A program made the translations under genes and the position numbers. From Dicyema japonicum (Eukaryota; Animalia; Dicyemida): 64,000 nt of DNA. The stretch covers positions 1-64,000 of the forward strand of contig RDEW01000052.1 in NCBI GenBank assembly GCA_011109175.1, given 5' to 3'. Shown here piece by piece: positions 39,502 through 52,104 of this stretch; the first letter of the stretch is position 1; each line of letters starts with the position of its first letter. The notes below the pieces were generated by a model. That model did no database searches, was not told where the DNA came from, and saw nothing but the letters and a program-made list of their open reading frames with translations.

Positions 39502-40145
39502 TCACTTAGCACATCGACAAACTCCACACGACTCCCTACACATATGTTTCTCCTCATTACTACAATCTCTTCTAATCGTACAATCCTTACTAAAGTCCTC
39601 GCAAACTGAAATAGTAAAGTATCCATACCATTACAAGATTCACACCACCTCCTGCATGTTAGTAGCTTTGCTGTTCGATCGTAGAAACAATCCGTGGAGG
39701 TACAATAATCGTGACTCGCGTAGTCCTTGCATTCTAAGCTTATATACGTGAGGACACCATAAGGATCGGCTATTCTCGTATTTTTGTCACACTCACTGCA
39801 AGTTTTTAGGCACATCCTCTGCGCTTCTGGAGATAGACTGCACTCCCCTCTACGTTTAGTGAGATCACATTCAGGTCTTTCATCCGTGCAATCGAGTGTC
39901 ACTGTGGTTACTATATTATTGGTAGTTTCCGTGAATTCCGTGGTTTCCATTTTTCTTAAAGATTTCGTGGACGAGGAATATTTTTCCGTAACCTCGTATA
40001 AACTTTCCGTCGACGAGGTGTGTTGAGTGAAATTGTTTGAATTTCTCATGAAAATTAAAAAGCAAACACCTAATGGGTGAGACATGTGATTACACGTGAG
40101 CAGGCTGATAGCCGCTACAAATGCAACGACCCGATATACTTTCAT
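39502..40145 (-). CDS. Secreted Ser/Thr-rich protein with three ShKT (SXC) domains
   Basis: Signal peptide MKVYRVVAFVAAISLLTC; S/T-rich linker; domains CTDERPEC..C..CLKTCSEC and CKDYASHDYC..C..CRRWCESC; after intron 39606-39628, CEDFSKDC..C..CRESCGVC and TGA at 39502-39504. Probable in-frame intron at 39734-39757. Confidence 0.85.
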
Positions 40146-40172
40146 CTAATTTATTCGTTTGGAGATGAATTA

Positions 40173-40230
40173 TTTATAGGAGCTGTCAAATTCAGAGCTG
40201 TCAAATTCGCTTCTTAATTATTCAGAGCTG
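40173..40230 (-). promoter_or_regulatory. Putative core promoter of the ShKT gene
   Basis: TATAAA on the minus strand about 28 nt upstream of the ATG, preceded by a tandem GAATTTGACAGCTC repeat (TGACAG is a TALE-homeodomain-type site). Confidence 0.4.
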
Positions 40231-41539
40231 AAAGTCCGCTGCAATGATAATCTGCTTGGCTTCTGTGGTGACTTTATTCCTTCTTTATTAACCCCCGGTC
40301 ACTTTGTGGAGCAAATTTCTGCTTATAAAAATGTTAAAGACCAAAACAGACGCTCACTCAGATTTGATAAGCTCATCAATAGAATGGGGTAATTAAGAGA
40401 GGTGGTAGAATATGAGAGTTGGTGACTTATTGGATGGAGAGAGCTGAATTCGAATGTTAGATTGTGAATATGCGGTATTTACCTTTTGTGGTGACGACAG
40501 ACGAAGCAAGTCACGTAGACACGAATTTGCCGAGGTAGATCTTTATCACTTTGTCTGTTGATTTATGACTACCACAAATAGGTAACTCAAAAGTGGGGTT
40601 AAAGCTCAAAATAAAATCGTTTTATGTTAAATCCAGGAGAATAGTTGTAGTGTCATTACCATTATGACTTTCCGTCCACGTTCAGTTGAATAACAGAAAT
40701 CAAAAACTTCGGTTTGTGTCGGTCGGAAACAGGCATCCGACTAGCAGAGGAAATTCATCGACCAAATGTTCCCCGGTAGAAGAAAGCTAATGGTCCTTTA
40801 TCGCAGTACATTAAATGCATCCTGAGCGCTTCCATAATTTGAATTATTGATCGCCTGAGAGGCTCAAATCGAACCCAGTGAATACTTTAATTAGACATTT
40901 TAAGCATATGAAGAATTAACATTAAAAATTTTAATAATTTACAAATTTAAAATTTATCAATAATATGGTAAACCTATTCTAAATACATTTGGCGTGTTTG
41001 TGAGTCATTCTTGTGGTTGTTGAGCTTTTTATTTTACCTTCGAAAAGATTATTTATTATTTCTACAGAGATATATTTAAGTATCATATATCCTAGATTTC
41101 TCAGTGGTTTACTTCAATATCATTATATCTTAGATTTTATCCGAGGTATACTTCCACATTATGTATCTGATATTTATTAGTGCTTGATGGCTATTGGCAA
41201 AAAGTTCGATAGTATAGCATTTTGCCAATTTCTGAAATTTGCTTAAATCTTGGACTAATCAGAGTCAGTTAGTTACTGCACGTCCGCGTTGCCGTGGTGC
41301 AGTGTTTATTGCTTCACTTGTGCCATGTTTTCGACTATTCTGAGTATAATTGTAACGGAATTCAATCTCTCCCAAATGGATTTATATTTTCACAGAATTC
41401 CTTCAGTTAAGACCGACTTTCTGCAATCAGAAAATTCAACCTATAAATAAATTTGAAAAATACCTTCGGCGCATTTCCCTTTCTTTAGCACAACGCAATA
41501 TCCATTACGGATAGTAGAACTGGAAGTGCTGCAATATCC

Positions 41540-42720
41540 TTTTTACCATGCGATGGATAGCGCTTACATCACTAGTCATTCCAGAGGTGTGCGCCTGCCT
41601 TCTCCATTGTCGCAAACTGCAGCAAGAATGTTTGGACTCCTATTTTCCAATAAAACGAAAAATTATTGAAAGAATTGTCCAAGATTGCACAATTTGCAAG
41701 TTTTTTACTCCACTTAAAGTAAAAAAATTAATTTATATAATAGATTTCTGATTATAACTACCATGTGACTGTCAATAGACCTAATGAACGATTCCAGGCA
41801 GACCTCATAGATGTTAAACAGTTTAATGATTCAAATGATGGCTAATAAATGGATTTTTACTGTCATTGATGTTTACTGCAAATATGCTATTTGTAAAGAA
41901 CTTAAAAGTAAATCTTTAATAAGCATATTTTTAATTTATTGGAAATTAGAAATTTGTTTTGAAATGTGCTTTTGTGAGATTCTGCAAAACAGATGGTGGA
42001 ACAGAGTTTAAAAAAATATCTAGACTCTTTCTTCTTGAAAAATAAAATCATTGCATATTTATGGAAGACCAAAATCATCCCCAACCACAAGTAATGAAAT
42101 TAATATTTTATCTGTTTTCAAGGGATCATAGAGAGATTTTGACCAAACTTTGACATGAAATCTTCGCAAAATTATTGGATGAAGATTCAACTAAAAACTG
42201 GAAAAAATTTATTAAATGAAGCACCTTTACATATAACACCACGATTATTCCTCCACAAATGAAACTCCATTATAAAACTGAGAGAAGTTTCAGGAATAAA
42301 CACAGTCATTCGTGAGTATAAAAGTTTATTATTTTTAATTTCATTGGAAATGAGAGTTTCGGATGATGTTTTTCACGAACATCAAAAGATATTGACGTGG
42401 AACATATTTCAGATTTTTCAGGTATTTATTGTAACAAAGTCTGATAGAATACTTAGATTCAGAACATTTTGATCTTAATTTTTCTCCAGCAAATCTAAAT
42501 TCAGCCCATTTTAAGCGGATGAACAAAAGAATGAACGTTCATCAATCAAAATATGATTTTTCTATTTGAAATGAGGTGTTTTTAGTGAATAAATTTAGAT
42601 ACGAGTTTTAAAGGATTATGGACTAATCCATCGCTCAAGTTGAGCAGATTTGAATATCCATATGATGAGCCAAGTAAAATTACTCAAATTTGTCAAACAA
42701 CCGAATAGAGGCTTATTTAA
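41540..42720 (+). mobile_element. Ginger/GIN-like integrase remnant
   Basis: IVQDCTIC, ERFQADLIDV, WIFTVIDVYCKYA, ILQTDGGTEFK, PQ|GS.ERF with a short intron, YNTT; no RT or LTR seen; related short match near 11188. Confidence 0.6.
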
Positions 42721-43559
42721 TTTTTTTCACAGATTAAGCAGGATCATGAGATTTAAAAGTAGTCAACATGAGTCGAGTCAAGAAAATACAGACTTTAAAA
42801 AAATAAATTCTTTGATTTTTGATTAAAAACCAATTAATATTGATTAAATGACAGGGTGACATTTCTACAAACAGGATATTTCCGTGAGCCCTGCAGACTA
42901 TATGAATCGAATCCCTTTCTCCATCTTGAGAGAAAATAGCCACGCAGTTGAGGGGCCGCTGTATGACCTTTTGATTTTATTTTCTTCCTTAAATTAAAAA
43001 AAAATTAAATTTAAATTTTGTAATAAATTAGGAATAAGTATGGTGTAGAGGCTATAAAATATGTTTTTTGACAAAACCATCCCTCAATCGACAAAAAACC
43101 GAAATACTTCAATGAATTTCATTAACCACGTGTGAAGTATTGAATTTACGTTTAAAGCGTAAAGGTTATTGAATCTGGGGATGAAGATTGGTGACTTTTA
43201 GCACAACGGAGGAGATTAAGAGATTGAAGACGAGAGGATTATTACCAACATAGAAATTGTGTAAATCGAATTGCTCGCTCTTTCACAGTTGAGTTTGTTG
43301 ACTAGACGGAATTTGAAAGGAGACTTAGAAAAAGCTAAAGATGTGTGTTTCAATGTTTTATTTCTCTAAAATTTAGACTCTTCGCACGTGTTCTCCAAAA
43401 GAGAAGAGTGACATAATTATTCTGCAAGAATCCTTGAGAATTTTCTTAGACCTGATATTCACGAGTTGTCGGACTTCTTCCTTCATATTGGGTCTCTGGA
43501 GTTGGATTCTGTTCTCTTTATGATTCGACATCCTGTACTCTTCGGACATCAGGAAGTCA

Positions 43560-44640
43560 TTATGGACATCCAATATCTTGGAATGGGTTCATCAGTTGTT
43601 GGACGGTCTGGTTACATGGAATTTTGATTTTTTACCTCCAGCATGATCTGAAAATCATACATGTTTTTATTTGGGAGAACATTTCATTTGTCTTCATTTA
43701 AAATGAAAACAGATTTACGATTTCTCACAACAGCCAATCTCATTTTGGGGGAGAAAGTTGATAAAGAGAGCCTCTGTGGTTGATAAAGAGAGTCTAAGTT
43801 TTTTTAAATGCTGAATTTTTGAAGGCACAAATATGTACTTGGGCTAAATTGTCATCAGACCTTCGAGTCAAATATAGACAAGTCGACAAGGCTAAGAATT
43901 CTGAGGGAAAAAGTATGAAAGCTCAGTTCACGTATTGCGATATTGTCAAAACAACTGGAGCAGGAAGTCACTGTTATTCTCAGAGACTGAGACGCCTGGC
44001 AAACTAAGATGCCACGACATTTTTAAAACCCATTAGTTTTTCCGAATTGATTCTTGTTTTTTACTGACCACTGACAAAAACCGACGATCTTCATATGTCA
44101 GGCTTCGTTTGAAAATCTAGTAGGGATGAAATTTGTCCACGTGGTTACATGGGTGGAAGTTGAACCCGTTAAAATGACAGATAGAAATTCAATTGGGAAG
44201 CTGGATTGTTCTTCGGTCTACAGGTTTCAGATTGATCGTAGGTGAGCGGGTTTACATATTAACGGTTTTGTGACTGAGTAGTTTTTTAAAGAGGTAATAG
44301 CAGATTTTTTTGGTAAAATGACGCGTGTCCATCAGACTCACAGGAGAAAGTGATATCGGTCTGTTTCAGTACTTTTACTGCATCTTTTTCGCTAAAATAT
44401 GCTGATTCTGGTTTATTTTTTCGGTTTTATGAAAAACGAGAGTAAGTATTATCTTACTACAAGCTCAGAGCACTCAAGTCCATTTACCTTGCTGATTCAA
44501 AAATCCTCACAAATCGATTGAAAAATGATTGGACGCATAGCCCAATGATGACATCAACTTTTTGAATTGCTTCATAGTACTGTTGATATTGTAAAAGACA
44601 AACTGGATCCCATCATAGTTAAATTTATGAATTCTTGTCA
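43560..44640 (-). pseudogene. Decayed L-protein EVE fragment (end of RdRp into capping domain)
   Basis: Ordered echoes DPVCL (cf. DPTSL), YLLSF..P..P, MDTRHF (cf. NSRT), ILTGSTSTH (cf. IGTTVPHP), DDNLAQ. Confidence 0.35.
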
Positions 44641-45210
44641 AATTTTGACTTACCTAAATTAATTATTTATTTTTAAAAAATTGTTTTTTACAAATGGCGA
44701 ACCTTTTAATAATTTTTGGTTTTTAATAAAATAATCGGTTTGACGAGTGACGCCGTTCATCAGTGAATACTCACTGCGGAACTGGATTGTCTAGAAAGGA
44801 CACTCACACAGAAAAAGAAAAAAAAAGAAGTTGAAGATCATTCCTTGGTTCTACGATTAGTTTAAAATTAACTGTTCTTTACTTAAATAAAGTGTGTGTC
44901 CTACCTATGCGGAGCTATAAAATACTATGGCTCTCGTGAAAAGGCTTAAAAAAATTAAAAAAAAAAAAATAATAATATAATTTGGCGTATGGTTGCTACT
45001 GTTTGTTGGTGGTATTTTTGTTCTGTTGATTGATATTGTTTTTTTTTCAGCTGTAATGTCATATTTTTTCTTCAATTATATATATATTATTGGATTTATC
45101 AAAAATAGTGTTGAAGGCTGTTATTCAAAATGTCTAATATATATTGACAACCTATAATCATGGATCATTCTCCACTATTTGATTTTTCGGCTTCTAATTT
45201 GTTGGCAGCA

Positions 45211-45439
45211 GAAAATGACATCGATCAACACACGATTTATGCCACTGTCAATGAATGTCAGAATAGGAATTAATCAATTACTAGACACTTGTGTAATGTG
45301 AAAGTCCCACCTCTTTACTTGTTCGAAAATGACATCGATTCAACACACGATTTATGCCACTGTCAATGAATGTCAGAATAGGAATTAATCAATTACTAGA
45401 CACTTGTGTAATGTTGAAGGTCCCACCTCTTTACTTGTT
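45211..45439. repeat. Tandem duplication of about 114 bp
   Basis: 45211-45323 and 45325-45439 differ only by two 1-nt indels and one substitution. Confidence 0.9.
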
Positions 45440-46079
45440 GTACATGCGATCTCACTAACCTGTTGTGCTTCATTTGGAACCAAGGAACCGGTTTTATGAT
45501 GAATGGTTCCATTTATTATTTATTTAGCACCCAAGACCACAGTAAAACCAAACTAACTATTACGTGATCCCGATGCTTTTCCCTTTAACCAAACTTTTTT
45601 AACTTAAAATTAAAAAACTTTAACATTTAAAACTTTATTCTCAATTTAAACTGTAAAATATAGATAAGAAACAACAAAAGACAATTGTTGTCCTAACAAC
45701 TATTTATTGAAAATGGACATACGTAATTTTCTAGATTTCGTGTATAAAAGTTTCTGTTTGTCTTAAAAAACTCTTAAATTCCGAAAAACATCTTTCGACA
45801 GAAGCCGAGGATGGCTGACAATATAGAAGGAACGAATAATCTTAAGGAGAGACATTTTTACATTGAATGATAATAATTTTAGTTAGGTCGCTTTCATAAT
45901 TCTTTTTTCCAAATATTTTTTGACCCCTGTTTCATCTTCCCCGAAATCTATTGCATCAAGCGTCGAATATGCGTGCTCTGTTGTACACTCGTTACTTTCA
46001 AATTGTCATATTTTTCTTTGATAAATTAATATAAAAAACAACCTGGAATATCTGAATTGTAATGCGAATAAGCGCATAA

Positions 46080-46590
46080 GCTCTGAACTAAGCTATGCGT
46101 GAAAAACGACAGTTACTTGGAGAGACTCTGGACCGCTTGTGTCTACTTGACATGCATACGTCATTATCCCCTCTGAAAAACAGTCTCAGCGTACATAGGC
46201 TAGCATATGTGGTTAGGACTACTCTCTATTTCAGCCAGTGTGACTAACTCACACTGATTAATGGGATCTTCCATACGACAGGGAACGTATCTACAACGTC
46301 CGGTTCGAGGATTACTCATGAAAGCAAACCACGATGTCAGTGAGAACTCAGAGGGCTTAGAATTTGTAACCCTGTAGATCTCCCTCCACATCTATTCCTG
46401 TAATACCCCTATCAAGAGGGTTCTCACTCAATCGCTGAATTCTCTATTGACAAAAACGCCGGCCATGCTAGTAAAGGCCTGGAACCGTACTTATCAGCTT
46501 TTCCTGCCTTCTACGTTCTCTCAGTGGGCCTGGACGATGCAAGATGCTGGAATTCTTTCGTAGATTTTCTAGTGTAATCAAGCCACCTTC
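46080..46590 (-). pseudogene. L-protein capping-domain EVE fragment
   Basis: LQE*MWREIYRVTNSKPSEF (46345-46400; cf. LR..SW...I.GVT.P.P.E), followed by a Cys pair. Confidence 0.45.
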
Positions 46591-46594
46591 GCCG

Positions 46595-47095
46595 TGCTTG
46601 TTTGATGTCGAATGGCATCTTCCGAAAACAGTGCTTGGCTCAACGCCATTCCCAAAGGAGTTTTGGGTTTCTTCCTGGATGATGAATGCGTTCGTATTGG
46701 GATCTCATTGCGACTGAGATTAAAAGTTTGTGTTTCACCTACTTACCGATGCGGAGACCAGCTCGAACAAGTCGGTCTTTGCAGGCAGGACAACGACCAG
46801 ATGGGATGACAATCTTCCCTTTTAAAGCCAGGAAACCTCTTCTCTGGGACGTCACCTGTACCGACACGTTTGCCCTTTGCAACTTACTCTAGAGTCCTAT
46901 TGAGCCTGTTCTGCCTATGAGAAAGCCAAGAAGTTGAAACGGGAAAAGTACACTTTCCTATCAAAGGATTTTTTGTTTATTCTACTCGCCGTTGAGACGT
47001 CTGGTTCCCTTACGCCTGCGACGCTGGAATTCCGGAAATTGGATCGCTACACGATCAGGAGACCCTCTCATTCGTTTTTAGAAGCTTTGCAATAT
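46595..47095 (+). mobile_element. CRE-clade non-LTR retrotransposon, 3' fragment
   Basis: AWLNAIP..LG.FLDDECVRIGISLRL, RPDGMTIFPFK..KPLLWDVTCTDTFA, KREKY....F..LAVETSG. Confidence 0.85.
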
Positions 47096-47099
47096 GCTT

Positions 47100-47620
47100 T
47101 TAATTCGTCTGTGTTTTTTTTATAAACCATAGGTTTTTGTAAGTGATAATGAATTCTGTGAAATAACTATACAGATTGGTGTCGATCGGTTCCCATCTCA
47201 CTTTCATATGTATGTACGGAACCCATAATTGAAGACTTGTGGTTGAATATCCTCGCCAACGATCTAATACGAGTGTCGAACCAACTGCCGCATTTCCGAT
47301 TATCGAATTTGTTAGCGCGTCCATAGTCCGATACGGAATTTCCATGAAGAAACATTTTTTTCCCTGTAAATTTTTCCAAAAATCCATGCTGTGTGAATAC
47401 TTGTCCAGAATTATTTTTTGCTTAGAAAATAGATTTCATTTATTTCTACTATCATCCCTTCATGTACCTCTCTTCATATACTTTTGCCAGTCTACTGTTG
47501 CAGTCGAACTCCAGCCAGGATTGTTTTTTGCAATTTTCTGCTTCACAATCTTAGAACTCCACATAAAAATAAACAAACAGCATCTCCAATACCACTCTAG
47601 ACTTCTCTAACAATGTGCCA
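47100..47620 (-). mobile_element. Merlin/IS1595-like (ISXO2) transposase remnant
   Basis: CFFMEIPYRTMDALTNSIIGNAAVGSTLVLDRWRGY matches the V..R...TL...I...V..GS.I.SD.W..Y core. Confidence 0.65.
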
Positions 47621-48279
47621 AAAATATTTAACCACCTATTTTACCAGATCGTATCCTAATATTTATCCTACATGCTCTGTTCGAACAAGTCCACTTTGCT
47701 GCTCTAAGGACCCTAGAATGTCGTTTTACAATATCTTTCCTGAGAAAAATCCTTTTTTCTTGTACAAAATTTAATATCTTTTTATTTTGAGGTTGATTGA
47801 TTTCCGTAGGATCCCCCTTGAGGCTACCCTGCCTCCTACTTTTCATCCCTTGCGAGTTCAAGCAGTCCTACGTAACGCAACCGGACATACCTTGGACTCG
47901 GAACTTGATGGAGTTAACAAGCTGTGGGATACCTGGGCTTGAAATTTCCGTCGAACTTGCTTGCCAGAATAGTTGGGACTCAATTGCATGTATGAGCACT
48001 CTGGAGGCCGCAAAGACAAGCGCCAATCAACACGACTAGCAAGCATTAAGTCAGCCGCACATCGCGGAAATGGAGTCTGGCTCGAGGCCCTACCGTGCCC
48101 ACATCCGGGGACTCTCCTTGACGAAACAGCCTGAGGATCGGGGTGGCACTACGTTTAGGACTGGACATATGCCAGAGACACATACTCCAGAAAAGAGACC
48201 TTGGCGTGAGCAGAGAGAGAAAAAGCAAAATTTTGAAAAACCAAGTAAAAGTTTAAAAAGAAAAATACACAAAAAATGA

Positions 48280-50816
48280 CTCTTAGAAAATTATCCCATA
48301 TTCGTGAAATAAAAATGAACTTTTATTTGGGAATTTAGAAACTTTCAGAAATTACTAAAATTCACTTGTTGAATAGATTTCAAGGATGGATGCAATGGAA
48401 TGCGGAAAAAAAATCAAGCGGAAAAAAAGTCAAGTGGAAAAAAAGTCAAGCGGAAAAAAAAGTCAAGTTGTCTTTTTTTAGTTTATATCGCTTTTTTGTG
48501 ATACTACTAGCATCTTTTAATTTTTAAAATTTTTTTCAATTCTTGATTTTTTTACCGCTTGACTTTTTTTTTATTTTTGAAAATTTTTCCATTATAAATT
48601 TTCGAAATTTAGCGAAAAATGGAAAAAAAGTCAAGTCCGTGATTTCGTTAGCGGACTTGACTTTTATTCCGCTTTGGTATAATCGCTTTGACTAAATCAA
48701 TTTAAGAATTTCAAGGTAATAATAAAATTGACTTAACTTTTTTCGTTTTGGTTTAATCTTTTTGACCTTGACTTTTTTCCAGCAACCAGAATTATTCTCC
48801 CTTCTGCAGATTCTTTCAAGCGAACACTAAGGAATCAACGCTTGTCTCTACATATTCCAAAAAATATTTTCGATCTCGGAGATATTCCATCGTCTTTATC
48901 TTTAACTCTTGGTCCAGATTCAGAAAATTTTTTAATTTATGATAATCATAGAAGAACCGATAGAATATTGATATTCAGCACCAAAACTAATAGAAAAATT
49001 CAAGAATTGCATCTAGTTAAAACAATATAAAGAAAATATTAATTTTAACATTTTTTTCGCAATGATAGACGCTCTTGCGTTTTTACCCATTCAAGATATG
49101 GAAGAAGGGATAGAATTCCTAATGAATAATATGCCAGAAAATGTTCCAGATTCAAAATATATATTAGATTATTTTAATAGAACATATGTTCGCGGTTATT
49201 ATCGTTGCTTAAATGATCGAGAAAACTCCTTAGCTGTTAGAATACAGCACATTGCTCCATTGTTTCCTCCAAATTTATGGAATGTGTATGAAGCTACACT
49301 CAATAATAAACAAAGAACAAATAACTATTGTGAAGGGTGGAACAATAAATTATACAATTTGACGGGATATCGTCATCCATCGATATGGAATATTATATCG
49401 TCATTCCAAATAGAAGAAAAAATGACAAAAACTATTATTAACCAGGATTCATTTGGAAAAAGAATTTCAACAAGAACAAATAAAAAAACGATTGATAGAC
49501 AAAAAAGGCTTTTAAATATATGTCTGGATCGCCAGGACGGAAAAAAACAGTAGGAGAAGCCCTAAAAGCAATTGCATGGAATATTCTTTTGATTCACATT
49601 AAATAAATCCCTTGATTCACGTTAAATAAAAATCATATGTTTATAACATTTAAAAAAAATTTTAAAAGTAGAAAAAATCTGTTTTATTTTTAGAATTTAT
49701 TTCAACCACGTGTAGTTTTAGTTGTGGAGGGACATTTTAATGCAATTACAAACTAAAGCATTAAAATTAGCCAAAATTAACTATTTAAATAATTTGTTAT
49801 TCTAAACTCGCTTACTTTAAAATAAAACGATCATGAATAAAAATCTTAATTTATAAACGGAAAAAAAGTCAAGTCCGTGATTTTGTTAGCGGACTTTACT
49901 TTTTTTCTGTTTTGCGCTAAATTTCGAAAATTTATAAGGGAAAAATTTTCACAAATGAAAAAAAAATCAAGCGGAAAAAAAGTCAAGTATTGAAAAAATT
50001 TTTAAAAATTAAAAGATGCTAGTAGCATCACAAAAATGCGATATAAACTAAAAAAGACAACTTGACTTTTTTTCCGCTTACGGACTTGACTTTTTTCCTA
50101 CAACCGGATGCAATCAATGGTTTTATTACTCATCATTTCAAAAGTTGAAGTATTTAATGAAAAGCCTGGAATCAATGATCTTGAATTTAGTAAAGGCTAC
50201 GCAGATTTAAAGGAAGATTTAATCTTAAACAAGTTCTTCATGGAGAGCCAACAGCTAACACAAGATGAAATTAATTTGAATAAACAAGTTGACCCTGACG
50301 TTGACCTTGACGTATTCTTAAAAATAGATGAAACTGGACATTTTTCAATTTTTCCCTTCAAAAACAATTTCATCTAAGATAGAAAAGGCATACAGCAATC
50401 AAAAGTGAAAATCACTATAGCTCTTTGTGCTAATGCAACTGAAACAATAAAAATTAAACTTTTATTGGCCACAGTAAAGACCAAGATGTTTAATAGATTT
50501 TGATTTTGAAAAATATTGTACTATGAAATGGCTAGGATTACAACAGAACTTTTTAATGTTTCATGACGGAAAAAAGTTTTTTTTACTGATCGATAAAAAA
50601 AAGGTTTTAATTCTAAGAGACAGCGACTTCATTGAATAAAACATAATTTTTTGATTTTAAATATTTTGTTGCATCTTTTATTCTAATAATTTATACTCTG
50701 TGTTTATTGAAATTGTACTAAGGATCCAATTTGCCTTACTTTTTGGCAATATATGGAAATTTTTTGTAAAATTCAAAAGGCATTCAATTTTTGTTCGGAT
50801 TAACGAAGGTTTACTG
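48280..50816 (+). mobile_element. Second pogo/Tigger-like copy, interrupted by the Mutator-like element
   Basis: Shares gaaataaaaatgaac and aattcacttgttgaat with 28400-28550; IDETG and ITIALCANA motifs; right TIR gttcggattaacgaaggtttactg ends at 50816; left TIR not found. Confidence 0.7.
48397..50105 (+). mobile_element. Mutator-like (MULE) element with long repeat-rich TIRs and partial transposase
   Basis: Perfect 9-bp TSD GGATGCAAT (48388-48396, 50106-50114); GG...CC termini; ~250-bp inverted arms built from GGAAAAAAAGTCAAG units; ORF 49062-49553 with ALAFLP, YF..TYV.G, PLFPP.LWNVY, RTNN.CEGWN, HPSIW. Confidence 0.9.
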
Positions 50817-51639
50817 TGTTTCCTATTTTAGAAAAGATCTCTATTTTAAGATAAGCCTTCGGCCGGATTTTTTTAAACTTGTTTGACACATTTCCCTATG
50901 CGCCCTAGGCCGTGCTTGATTCATTTTTTCCTTAAGACCAAAAATATTATTATGAAATTTCGCAACAGGAAAGTTAATCAATTCATGTCGCTTGTGTCGC
51001 AGCCTGGATAATCTTTAAAGTCAGAAGGCACCACGCTTCTCTTGAGATTGCGAGGTCGTTTAAGTCATCACTGATGACTCATCAGCATTTTCCAGTTTTT
51101 AAGTCAACACCAAAAATAATCCCAGATTAAACAAAATTTTAATGAGCATCAGTTAAAAATTGATCATATTTTTTTAATTCGGCTTCTCCACTGACATTCT
51201 TTCGCCGATTTCCTAGTCCTTTAGTAATTTTTGATTCTCACGTACATGTAAACTTCAGACTCCTAAAACTTGATATTTTTAAGAGATCGTCATCCTGTAT
51301 CTTTCCTTTCTATCAAGCGTCTTTGGAATGGTCTTATTCATTTCTCTTTTTTGAATTTATTCTCTTGAAAGAGTAATATAGATAATATTCAGCGAACGAT
51401 TCGATTTTTCTATATCTTTATTATTCAACTATTAATTTAATCTAATAAGTTATGTAATGATGTATAAATCATGATTTTTTCAAAGAATTTTATAAAAAGA
51501 CCCACAAAAGACACTTGCCCGTGTCTACTTATTTAAAATAATATATACAGTTTTATTATTTTTTTAATTTTTTATTATTGTGAGTACTGAATTTTTAGTA
51601 AAAAAATTTTTTTATATAAATTATGCTTAAGTGTTAATT

Positions 51640-51710
51640 AACACCTGATAGCGGTCGATCTAGTGTTCGGGGTCTTATCAAGGCTGCGGGTTCGCATCCC
51701 AGCGGTGTCA
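51640..51710 (+). other. tRNA-like sequence (degenerate tRNA or Pol III element)
   Basis: B-box-like GGTTCGCATCC, ACACC/GGTGT acceptor-type pairing and tRNA length; D and anticodon arms do not fold cleanly. Confidence 0.3.
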
Positions 51711-52104
51711 TTCTTCACTTACCAACTGGTCGGAAAGGCTGAGCTGCTTTTGTGTCTCAAAGATGTGTTAAGCCTGGAAAGTTAACAAAGGAAGTGGCTT
51801 GAATTTCATCTTAGTACCTTGAAGTTAGAAATAGAAATTGTATTTCGGTATCTCCCTGGAATTAATCTCCTCACAACCCTTAGTTTGTTAACGATCTCTT
51901 CCTACTAAAGTTGTTTCTTGTTGACTGCACATACGGGGACATAACACTTGGTCTATTACCTGGATACGCGAGAAGAAACAGAGGACATTTTTTACATCAT
52001 CGAGGGGTGGTGCCAAAGTTGTGGATAAGCCAGGTTTCCCGGATGTCTGAGCATGGTAAGACGCTAGTAAATGTACAAGACACATAAAAGTAAAAGACAA
52101 ATCA

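Noticed and set aside
39462-39605. ORF-track C-terminus of the ShKT gene (…VILNKYP)
   Set aside because: It results from reading through a 23-nt intron; the spliced frame gives a third ShKT domain and stops at 39502.
45211-45439. 114-bp tandem duplication as a functional repeat
   Set aside because: Only two copies differing mainly by 1-nt indels; recent slippage or long-read assembly error is simpler.
47630-48250. GC-rich stretch with several overlapping short ORFs as a gene
   Set aside because: No domain or intron pattern; more likely the 5' region of a decayed retroelement, but the family could not be assigned.
48405-48470. Short GGAAAAAAAGTCAAG repeats as a CRISPR-like array
   Set aside because: No unique spacers; they are sub-terminal repeats mirrored in the opposite arm of the Mutator-like element, and the DNA is eukaryotic.
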